Source: Atractiella rhizophila
Taxonomy: Eukaryota
Assembly: GCA_021432655.1 (NCBI GenBank)
Contig: MU271324.1
Span: forward strand, 62,001-92,020
Length of the DNA: 30,020 bases
Direction: 5' to 3'
The notes below the pieces were generated by a model, which worked only from the letters and a program-made list of their open reading frames with translations, did no database searches and had not been told where the DNA came from. Both the position numbers and the translations under genes were made by a program. This document shows, piece by piece, positions 1 to 8,838 of the stretch. Position 1 is the stretch's first letter. Each line of letters starts with the position of its first letter.

Positions 1-194
1 GATTGGGGACATTTTAGGTATGTTTGTATGCATTGCAATCAATCACTTTATCATCTATTTCATCGTGCTCACGTTTGTGTGATTGGGGACATTTTAGGTA
101 TGTTTGTATGCATTGCAATCAATCACTTTATCATCTATTTCATCGTGCTCACGTTTGTGTGATTGGGGACATTTTAGCCCAAGCCAAAATCTCA
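1..194 (+). repeat. 5' LTR (right part only), containing an 80-bp tandem repeat (period 80 over 1-177)
   Basis: GATTGGGGACATTTTAG occurs at 1, 81 and 161. Ends AAAATCTCA at 194, 2 nt before the PBS. Confidence 0.92.
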
Positions 195-196
195 TT

Positions 197-208
197 TGGT
201 AGCGAGAG
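197..208 (+). promoter_or_regulatory. Primer binding site, probably initiator tRNA-Met
   Basis: TGGTAGCGAGAG 2 nt after the LTR end. TGGTAGC is complementary to the ..GCUACCA 3' end of tRNA-iMet and resembles the yeast Ty1 PBS TGGTAGCGCC. Confidence 0.8.
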
Positions 209-245
209 AGCTCGATTACGGTCCGCGAGTAACATCACATCAAAG

Positions 246-3200
246 ATGGCTACGGAAGGAAGTACCACGCCAACAGGAGTTACCTCAGGGAGGAGAGATC
301 CATTCGGGACAGGAGCCTCGACCCCAGGAACAGAGGAGGCACCATTATTCACGACCTCGACTGTCCCATACTCCGTTTCATCTTCCGCGAAAATTGCGTC
401 CGAAATAAACCTCCCAACGGGATCAGTGCAGACCATTGTTACAAATGAGAAGATCCCTCCTCTCACTCTCCAAAATTCGACCAGATTCTTCCGCTCTCTG
501 AAGTCCATCCTCGACGCGAACAACGTGGGGATTCTGCTGGATGGCATCGTGACGGAACCAGTCAGCCCTATGTCTGAGGAAGGGCTGACGGTGACGCAGA
601 TGCAAGAGATGATGTCCAAGGGTCAAACTCCGAAGATAAAGAGTCCAACGGATGAGGAGAATACGGCGTTCATCAAGGCTTTGTCGAACTGGAGACGCAT
701 GGCGGCAGTTGCGATGATGGTCTTGAAACAATCTGTGGGAGACACGGCGAGGGTGTTCATCGAAGACCAGGTGGATCCGGTGAAGGCCATAAAGATTCTG
801 AAGGACAAATACGAGACCAAGGAATTCGCTGACACGGCACACCTGTTGCGACAATTCACGAACTTCACCCACGAGTCGAGTAATCTTAGCCTTATCGAAT
901 GGATCGCAAAATTGCACGAGCGAAGAAGAATATTCAACGAGTCCCAGGACGAACTGACGATCAGCGATACCCTCCTTTCGTATACCCTCGTCAATGGATT
1001 GCGAGAAGAAACCAGAAGGTGGTTGTCCTCAACAGGAGTCAACCAAGCGGATCTCGCATCTGTTGTGAACCGGCTGACGGCAGAAGAAATGGCTTTGAGG
1101 AATAGGGAGGAGGATAGATCAGGAGGCAAAGACGTCGCACTCGTCGCCAGGATTTCACCCCAGCAGACCGCGTCCTCGAACAACGCGGGAAAGAAGAGGG
1201 ACGGCAATGATGGCCGTTCACAACGTCCATTGATCAACAGGATTGCGCCCAATGCCAGGACGATCAAAAATTGGGGAAATTGGCCTCATGGGACGACTGA
1301 AAGGGGACAATTTCGATTGGGAGCGCGGCAATGTTACCACTGCGGGAAGGACGGCCATTTTGGACGGAACTGCAACCTCAATAGGAAGCAACAGGCTGCC
1401 TCCCTCCTTGCTGTTTTTAAACAGTACGACATCGAGATTCCACGAAACGAACTCCATGTCCTCATCGCTACAGTTGCAGATGATCAACATGCAAACCCGA
1501 TACGCGCAACGGACAACAATCCTGCGACGGGGAAACCGTATAACGAGCAGTTGGATGTGGTCTCAGACTATGACCAATCAGTGGGAGTTTATATGGCGGA
1601 AGTCGAGGATGATGACGGGCTGGAAGTGGTCGACTTCGGAGCCTACTTTACATCCTTCGACCTTGACACTTTGAGTCCCTCAGAGATCGAAAATTTCGAC
1701 CCCGAATGCGAAGGATTCGCGTTGATGGCCGGAATAAGTGACGGAGAACAGGTCGAAGGTACGATGCGACCCTTCCACCTGGACAGCGCCGCCTCAATTC
1801 ACCTCACTGTATGCCCATGGCTATTGCACGATTTCAAGGAGCTCGATAAACCAATTGGCATCAAGGGTGCTTGGGGTTCCAAGGGTTTCGCCACAGCGAT
1901 CGGTAACCTCAAAGCTGCGTTCACACTCGACGACGGGACAACGAGCGTTGGGGTGATAAGAAACGTCTACTACGCACCAGGGTTAGGCGTGAATCTCATT
2001 TCATCAAAGATCTTGATGGAAGCTGGAGTGCAGTTCAAGAATGACACAAAAAGGGTCTACTTGCATGGAAAGGATGGGAAGATGTTCGGAACGGCTTCTA
2101 TCGGTCGAACGCTCATCACATTGCAGGCGAGTTACCTTCCTGCTCCAATGCCCCCAGACCAAAATCCTCACGCCGCATTCGTCGCAGTGCCTATTCGTGT
2201 CTGGCACCAGCGGTTAGGTCATCCAAGCAACGAACGGCTCCGCTTGGCCATCAAGCATGAAATCTTGTCAAAGTCTCAAATAAAGGGTACCTGCAATGCA
2301 ACGCACTTAAATCAGTGTATGACTTGTGCGAGAGGGAAGGCAACGTACACGAAAAGTAAAGGTCCTGCGAACCTAAGGGAGCAAACTCCGGGAAAAACGC
2401 TAGGATTCGATACGTGGGGGCCGGCTACATTGTCAAGCATTCAGGGGTTTCGATACGTCTTTGGTGCAGTCGACGAAGCATCAAGGTATATGATAGTTGG
2501 AGGAATGAAGCTGAAGTCTGAGGCACCACGATTGCTGGAAGGAATACGAGCAGCCATAAAACGAGACCTGGATGTGAGCTTAAGGAAGATACGGCACGAT
2601 CAGGCGACAGAGTTCATGTCATACGCGATGAAAGATTGGTGCGATAAGCATAACATTGCATCTATGAAGACCATGGCTTACGCACACGACCAAGGAGGAC
2701 TGTGGGAACGTCAGTGGTATACCCTCTTCAATATCGTTCGATGTCTTCTCCTCGAATCGGGACTACCATTATATCTATGGTATGAAGCATTGAGAGTCGC
2801 CGTGTACATGAAAAACATCATGCCTACAAAAGGGAATAAAGGAAATCAGTCACCATATGAGGCGTTTCACGGGAAGAAACCAGACACCACTCACATCAGG
2901 GTTTTCGGTTGCATGGCCGCGGTCACGATTATGCCAGAGCAACGCGACTCCAAATTACTTCCTCGTGCGAAATTGATGTACTTCGTGGGGTATGTTGCGG
3001 ATGGGTACGGCTGGAGATTCTGGGACCCCATGAAACGAAGAATAGTGGAGGCGAAGTCAGCACGATTTTTCGAAGACCAGTTCTACACGAATAGGAGTGA
3101 GCGAGAAACGGAGCGGATACGGAGATTGGAACCAGAAGACTTCTTACCTATGTTTTTGCCGCAGGAGAGCACAGGGGTAGCTGCACGGAGTCCTCTCGAG

Positions 3201-5096
3201 GGGGAGCTTGGGGGAAAAAGGATAGAGACGCCAAGCGAACCGTTGGACACCACTGGAGTAGAACACGACGGCCAGAGTATCGATGATGACCTGATCATGC
3301 CTCCTTCCCCGACCTTGACACGAAAACGGGCGAATGTGCAACCAGAGAACCGCGAAGACACGACCGCGCCGCCACCAGTAGCGCTACTCCCACCAGACGA
3401 GGATGCGTCGTTCGTAAAGGAGAAAGTGTCTCATATTGAGGAAACGATCCGGAAAGCGATAGCAGATGAGGAGGAGCGAGCGCGTTTTTCGCCATACAGG
3501 CAGAAGAGATGGGGAAGAGGAGCGCGTAACGCAGGAAGACCGGCATGGGACTACAAGAAGTTGCATGAGCGAGGGGTTTACTACACCCAGATATATGGGG
3601 GAGAGGACATGAACGGACCCGTCATGGAGCTGGTGGCTGAGGTTCGACGGAACCCGAAGGCCTTCAAATTGACACACGACCAAGAGGAGGACGACGACAA
3701 TGAGCAAGTCTACTGGACAGGAAACATGGACGAACCATCTTTCAAGGAGGCAGTAGCGGGACCTGATCGCGACCGTTGGATTGCAGCGATGGTAGCGGAA
3801 CTCGCGGCGCTAGAGGCGATGGGGACTTGGAAAGGGGGACTGAGAAAATTGCCGCCAGGAAGGAAGGCACTAGGAGTAAAATGGGTGCTGTTGATAAAGC
3901 GGGATCCTGCCGGGGAGGTGGTGAAATACAAGGCTAGACTAGTGGTACGAGGTGATCAGCAAACGCAAGGGGTGGACTATAAGGAAACATGGGCACCTAC
4001 GGTTCACATGGCATCTGTCCGTGCGGTGTTGTCCATTTCTGCGCAGGAGGGATGGGTACGCCGCCAATTCGACATCAGCAATGCGTTCCTGAATGGAGAC
4101 ATTGAGGAGGAGGTGTTCGTGAAACAAGCACCTGGTTTCGTGGACGCTGAACGACCGAAGGAAGTCTATGAGTTGGGGAAGGCCCTGTACGGACTGTGTC
4201 AAGCAGGATGTCAATGGTGGAAAAAGATGAAGGGAGTCCTTACAGAGTTGGGATTTCAACAGACGACGGCTGACTACGGGGTATATGTGATGAGGAGAGA
4301 GAATGACGTCGTGATCATCTGCCTACATGTCGATGACGGTCTCGTGGTTGGGAGCTCTGGAGTACTTATCGAAGAAGTGTTCCGTCGCCTGGAAGAATTC
4401 TTCAAACTGCGAGCTGGGCCAGCGTCTGTATTCCTTGGGATCCAAATTGAAGGAGAGGACGGCGGAAGGCGTGTCAAGATTCATCAGAAGGGTTATGCGA
4501 TGAAGATTGTTAGGAAATACCTTGGCGACTCAGTCTCCCCCGTGCAGATGCCATGTGAAGCGAACAAACGACTGTCTCCTGACCTATCTCCCACTTCGTC
4601 AGTTGAGAAGGAACGCATGCGTGGAGTGCCTTACAGGGAAGCAGTCGGGGCCCTTATATACCTGTCTGCATGCACACGTCCTGACATCTCGTACGCCGTT
4701 TCAGAGGTTGCGCGGTACTGCGATAATCCGGGGATGGGCCATTGGCAAGCTGTGAAGAGGGTGTACCGATATGTAGCGGGTACGCTGGACCATGGGCTGG
4801 TTTACGACGGTTACGCTTCTCCGCTACCGTGCCTGGACGCATTCGTTGACGCCGACCACGCTGCAGACCCCGTCACACGTCGATCCGTATCAGGCGTCCT
4901 CTTTCGCAATGCAGGCGCAGCCGTCTCTTGGATTTCGAAACGCCAGATGTCGGTAGCGGTATCATCTACAGAAGCTGAATACGTAGCCATGTCAGTGGCG
5001 ACTCGGGAGGCCGTTTGGCTGAGAAGGCTGCTTACGGATCTGGGATACCCCACGACGAAGCCTACTCTCAGTTCTGGTGTGAGTAATTGGATCTGA
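246..5096 (+). CDS. Copia gag-pol polyprotein (1616 aa from the first ATG), RNase H C-terminally truncated
   Basis: Zn knuckle CYHCGKDGHFGRNC; protease FHLDSAASIH; integrase WHQRLGH..CMTC and core FDTWG/HDQATEF/ERQW; RT KARLVVRG, FDISNAFLNG, LHVDD; RNase H VDADHAAD and SSTEAEYVA, but no downstream DN or KHID motifs. Confidence 0.95.
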   Translation: MATEGSTTPTGVTSGRRDPFGTGASTPGTEEAPLFTTSTVPYSVSSSAKIASEINLPTGSVQTIVTNEKIPPLTLQNSTRFFRSLKSILDANNVGILLDGIVTEPVSPMSEEGLTVTQMQEMMSKGQTPKIKSPTDEENTAFIKALSNWRRMAAVAMMVLKQSVGDTARVFIEDQVDPVKAIKILKDKYETKEFADTAHLLRQFTNFTHESSNLSLIEWIAKLHERRRIFNESQDELTISDTLLSYTLVNGLREETRRWLSSTGVNQADLASVVNRLTAEEMALRNREEDRSGGKDVALVARISPQQTASSNNAGKKRDGNDGRSQRPLINRIAPNARTIKNWGNWPHGTTERGQFRLGARQCYHCGKDGHFGRNCNLNRKQQAASLLAVFKQYDIEIPRNELHVLIATVADDQHANPIRATDNNPATGKPYNEQLDVVSDYDQSVGVYMAEVEDDDGLEVVDFGAYFTSFDLDTLSPSEIENFDPECEGFALMAGISDGEQVEGTMRPFHLDSAASIHLTVCPWLLHDFKELDKPIGIKGAWGSKGFATAIGNLKAAFTLDDGTTSVGVIRNVYYAPGLGVNLISSKILMEAGVQFKNDTKRVYLHGKDGKMFGTASIGRTLITLQASYLPAPMPPDQNPHAAFVAVPIRVWHQRLGHPSNERLRLAIKHEILSKSQIKGTCNATHLNQCMTCARGKATYTKSKGPANLREQTPGKTLGFDTWGPATLSSIQGFRYVFGAVDEASRYMIVGGMKLKSEAPRLLEGIRAAIKRDLDVSLRKIRHDQATEFMSYAMKDWCDKHNIASMKTMAYAHDQGGLWERQWYTLFNIVRCLLLESGLPLYLWYEALRVAVYMKNIMPTKGNKGNQSPYEAFHGKKPDTTHIRVFGCMAAVTIMPEQRDSKLLPRAKLMYFVGYVADGYGWRFWDPMKRRIVEAKSARFFEDQFYTNRSERETERIRRLEPEDFLPMFLPQESTGVAARSPLEGELGGKRIETPSEPLDTTGVEHDGQSIDDDLIMPPSPTLTRKRANVQPENREDTTAPPPVALLPPDEDASFVKEKVSHIEETIRKAIADEEERARFSPYRQKRWGRGARNAGRPAWDYKKLHERGVYYTQIYGGEDMNGPVMELVAEVRRNPKAFKLTHDQEEDDDNEQVYWTGNMDEPSFKEAVAGPDRDRWIAAMVAELAALEAMGTWKGGLRKLPPGRKALGVKWVLLIKRDPAGEVVKYKARLVVRGDQQTQGVDYKETWAPTVHMASVRAVLSISAQEGWVRRQFDISNAFLNGDIEEEVFVKQAPGFVDAERPKEVYELGKALYGLCQAGCQWWKKMKGVLTELGFQQTTADYGVYVMRRENDVVIICLHVDDGLVVGSSGVLIEEVFRRLEEFFKLRAGPASVFLGIQIEGEDGGRRVKIHQKGYAMKIVRKYLGDSVSPVQMPCEANKRLSPDLSPTSSVEKERMRGVPYREAVGALIYLSACTRPDISYAVSEVARYCDNPGMGHWQAVKRVYRYVAGTLDHGLVYDGYASPLPCLDAFVDADHAADPVTRRSVSGVLFRNAGAAVSWISKRQMSVAVSSTEAEYVAMSVATREAVWLRRLLTDLGYPTTKPTLSSGVSNWI

Positions 5097-5326
5097 GAGC
5101 GGTTGTGCACCTGCACACCGAGGCATGAAGCTTGCTGTTTTATACCCTTAGCAAGATGTCATTCTCATTGGCGGTTTTTAATGTCGACAAGTCGTCGAGG
5201 AGGATAAATATCACACCCTTTTACAGTGCTGCGAAGTAGATGATGATCAACAAAGCCAAGGGAAGTGAGGCTGCAGGCTGCAAAACTGGCTTTGGGTTTC
5301 GAATTCGCGTACGTGATTACTGAAGG

Positions 5327-5627
5327 TGTTGGAAATGGGTTATGAAAACAACGGGACATGATCGGTGTTTGCCGTGTTTGCCGCGCGTTCCGAAGCAGAG
5401 GCAAACATGTGGCACTTCACCGCAAGACCGGTACTATAAAGGAACACCTGCGAAGTCTCTTCCGTCTTTCCCCAATCACTTTATCATCTATTTCATCGTG
5501 CTCACGTTTGTGTGATTGGGGACATTTTAGGTATGTTTGTATGCATTGCAATAAATCACTTTATCATCTATTTCATCGTGCTCACGTTTGTGTGATTGGG
5601 GACATTTTAGCCCAAGCCAAAATTTCA
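5327..5627 (+). repeat. 3' LTR (left boundary tentative)
   Basis: Right end fixed by identity to the 5' LTR. Left end guessed from TGTTGGAAAT at 5327, a Ty1-like start. TATAAA at 5435-5440. One full 80-bp unit (5531-5610) plus a 58-bp partial unit (5473-5530). Confidence 0.75.
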
Positions 5628-5631
5628 TTAG

Positions 5632-6132
5632 GGTGCAATAAAGAGGTCAGGAGACGGCGGAAGTAGAGGCACTTGGAGCTGGAGTAAGGAGAGCAAGGGA
5701 AAGTACCAAGTCGGCGAACCAGGCGAGCCTTCGTTTCGGGAGGCGGGACCGAGTGCTCCACTGGCAGGCCAACGTCGCAAGCCTTACTCTACTCAACTCC
5801 CATCACCTCCGCAGAGCTCTACCAAACAGCCTGCTTCCTCGTCTTCAGCGGCAGCGGACAGACCCCCCTCCTGTGTTCACACCCCCTCTCCAGCTCCACC
5901 TACACACACCACCTCTCCCACCTCTCAAATCTCTGGTGGGCCAGTGCATCAACGGAGGAATGAGAATCCGCCACCGAACAACCCTCCCACTGCAACCCCA
6001 ATCAATGCCACTTCTCCGCTCCCACGGATAGGGACACCCAGCCATCCCGCAACAGAGCCCGCGGAGAGCAAGAAGCGGCCCTTTTGGAGTTTAAGCGCAA
6101 AGACATATGTGGCTAAGAAGAGACACATATAG
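5632..6132 (+). CDS. Possible exon of a host gene (Pro/Ser-rich, no ATG) directly after the retrotransposon
   Basis: 166 stop-free codons (GAIKRSGDGG...YVAKKRHI*) starting right after TTAG at 5628-5631. Low-complexity composition, no recognisable domain. Confidence 0.35.
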   Translation, partial: GAIKRSGDGGSRGTWSWSKESKGKYQVGEPGEPSFREAGPSAPLAGQRRKPYSTQLPSPPQSSTKQPASSSSAAADRPPSCVHTPSPAPPTHTTSPTSQISGGPVHQRRNENPPPNNPPTATPINATSPLPRIGTPSHPATEPAESKKRPFWSLSAKTYVAKKRHI

Positions 6133-6535
6133 TAATCCCATAGACAAAGATGGGCAGGAAGGAAGGAGACCGAGTTCGCATATTATTTGTTTCGTCTGTC
6201 ATCATCGCAATCAGCGAACCATATCACCGAAGCAACCGATTTTCTCAGCCGAACCTAATATTCGAAGTTCATTCATCACATCACCATTTGCAACATCACC
6301 ATTGCCACTAAAAGCCAAATGTGCGCCTGCACCTGAGTGCATATTTTCACAGCGAACATAACGCATATTCTCCCAATCGAGCACCTCGGGACGGACAAGA
6401 ACAGGCAATATTTCTCCGTGCTTCTTCCAAAAATTTATTTACCGTCCTTTATTGCCACAGTCGACCGGCAAATGCACCAAATTTTTTTTCAGGTTCAATG
6501 CAGTTGATAGTCACAATAATCTCAAGGTAGATTAA

Positions 6536-8253
6536 TCAAAGCGGTGGGATATACAGGCCATTCTTGTTGAACTTTCCTTGCGGATCATATCTCGTCTTCA
6601 GTTGTTGGAGTTTAGCGTAGTTTCCTTGAAAGATCTATTCGATAAATGTTAAGGTCATGATGCGCGCGACGGGCGAAACGCACCGATTTAGGCTGTAAAA
6701 AGTCAGCGGGAGCGTTGGGGAAGCAGTCGCTTTCAGCTGTATTTACTCCTACAATGTGCCTTCCGCTTTGAATAATTCTGTTTGCTTCCATCTCCACTTT
6801 ATTGAACGTGCCTGCGTCATCCTGGGCTCTAAATCCTACAGCTAATTGAACGACTGTGGTACGCTCAGAACGTGGCCAAGCCGTTGAATCGCTGGACCCT
6901 GTGGCCTATAGCAACAGTGAGCATTTTCTTTATGCAAAGGAAGTACCCACAGCGTGATCTATCTCAAAAACTAGCAATGTGCAAGGAACCTGAAACACAG
7001 ACGGTTTCGTGGCGTCCGCAAACCACTTCCATCCCCTTAAAAAGGTTTCCTCATCCACCGTCGTCGTAAGAGGAGCGTACAAGATTGTGTTCATCGTCCC
7101 GTATAACTGACACATGTTCTCTTTCAAACGATTAACAAGGGTACAACATGGGGACGTGAGTGAGCCTACCGTATCCTGCAACGATTTGACAAAAAGTCTT
7201 CAGACCTGTATCATCACTTAATCTCCCGTCCACTTCCCAGATCCACCCGAGGCTGGTCGGCTCGCTTCCCTTTGCATGCTCTTTTCCCAATGGATCAAAT
7301 ATTTGCACACCAAATGAAGGCCTGGAAGGATCCACACACACCATAAGGAGGTGGAACGTTGTGCCTCTGGATAAACTTGAGTTATGCTTTAGCCATTTAT
7401 CGGCCTGTTTCGCGAATGCGGGAAATGCAGAAGCATCGAAGAAAATGCTCCCACCGTAAATCTCGCGAGGGTAGGGATGTGCACGCAGGAGGAACGACTT
7501 GACGACTGTTTCATCGGTTTGGAATGAAAGTGCAGAGTGGGAATGGAAGATGACCAACCACCAAAATTCCCCTGACCTCCTCTCAATGCCCACAGGAGCC
7601 TGCCACCATCTTCTTCACTAGCCCAAACTTCTCTGCCGTCGTGAATAACCACACGAGCATCCAAGAAATTCGCTGGATCGCTTCCCCATCCGTACTGGGG
7701 ACTGAGCCAGCTCGATCCGCCTTATTGGCGGCGTTCTCGTTAGCTACGTTCTTGGTTCCTGAGGTTAAAACGCACCAGCTATTATGCTGCCTCCCACTCC
7801 AACAATGGGAGTGCGCGCTCCCACAACCATATAATCAGGGGCGAATTTCTCCATTTTCTGGTACACTCTGTTGCCAATGTAAGTATCACCACCCGCATCA
7901 TCAGCCTAGATATGGACATACGTTCTCCAATTTTGGCCAGCCCCTAAAAGAACCGTCTTTTCCTTCTCGTTCCATTTGAATCCATCAAAAGCTTCCATGC
8001 TCAGTACCACGTCCTCATTCTGCGATCCCGCGATCCCGCCTGAACGCACGCTGAAGGAGAAAGGTGAATTGTACAGTAGTTTTACTGTCGCGGCTAATTC
8101 GATATCCTCTTTTGGCACCAAAACCAGCTTGGGTTGCACTGCGCTGTGATGAAGAGACCATTGGGTGGTATAGGAAGCGAAACTTGGAGTGTTCGGTAGA
8201 AGAATAGAGGATGGCTGGAGGTGTTGCTTGATCTCGCTGATAAACAGGTCCAT
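6536..8253 (-). CDS. FAD-linked oxidoreductase (FAD_binding_4 / berberine-bridge-enzyme-like), multi-exon
   Basis: Spliced translation gives FSVRSGG, VLLGAGQNW, GARTPIVGVGGSIIAGGSSWLSPQYGWGSD, LLWALRGGQGNFG and the C-terminal GNYAKLQQLKTRYDPQGKF. Short GT..AG introns. An alternative ATG lies at 8274. Confidence 0.88.
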
Positions 8254-8838
8254 TGCGAACGCTGCCTTGATCATTCATTGACGCTCAGCCCTATTATATC
8301 GAAGCTGTATGACCTCGGCATCCTCGTTCCGATTCATCGATATCCGTGGATACGTTGAGTACTAGTAAAGGTCGGTACCTGGAAACTGATGCGAATGGAG
8401 AGGCGGAGCAACACCATCTGGAGCTGTTCTTGATGACCGATGCCTTTAGACGATCCGTATCCTGTCGCCCCACACCTTTGTCTACAGGATGCCGGGGAGA
8501 TGGGAGAAGTGTTGAATGTGGTCAGTACCTCCGCGGCGCAATGATACGTCAGCATAATACCCTTCACACCATCCTACATACATCGGACATCGATCAGAAA
8601 TATTCGCAATGAACGCCGTTCGGAATGGAAGGACGTAGACGACAAAATATAGCCTGGATGGACCCTCTATTAGTAATACATCTGCGTGCGTTATGCCAAG
8701 CTCAGTTTCACATCGATACACATGGCACTTTTTCTTTCGTGAGTCTGATTATGCCAGCAGTGGAAGCGGCCAGTAGCATTAAACGGGAGATCTATGGTTA
8801 AAGGACAGAGACATAATTCAGTGTGGCATTTCTCCACA

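Larger units (their letters stand above)
1..5627 (+). mobile_element. Ty1/Copia LTR retrotransposon (5' end outside window; 3' end of pol truncated)
   Basis: Direct terminal repeats: 40-194 matches 5473-5627 at 153/155 nt, both ending ..TCA. A PBS follows the 5' LTR. Single gag-PR-IN-RT-RH ORF in copia domain order. Confidence 0.96.

Noticed and set aside
1..177. CRISPR-like array
   Set aside because: The units are contiguous identical 80-mers with no unique spacers, inside a eukaryotic LTR.
24..245. 74-aa N-terminal extension of gag in the ORF track
   Set aside because: It starts at a TTG inside the LTR and runs through the PBS. The first ATG is at 246.
149..5116. Antisense and alternate-frame ORFs over gag-pol, and similar ones over other genes
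   Set aside because: These are shadow ORFs of real coding sequence with no motifs of their own.
5322..5632. 3' LTR as an independent solo LTR
   Set aside because: The flanks GAAGG and TTAGG are not an identical 5-bp TSD. The left boundary is uncertain, so this is not fully excluded.
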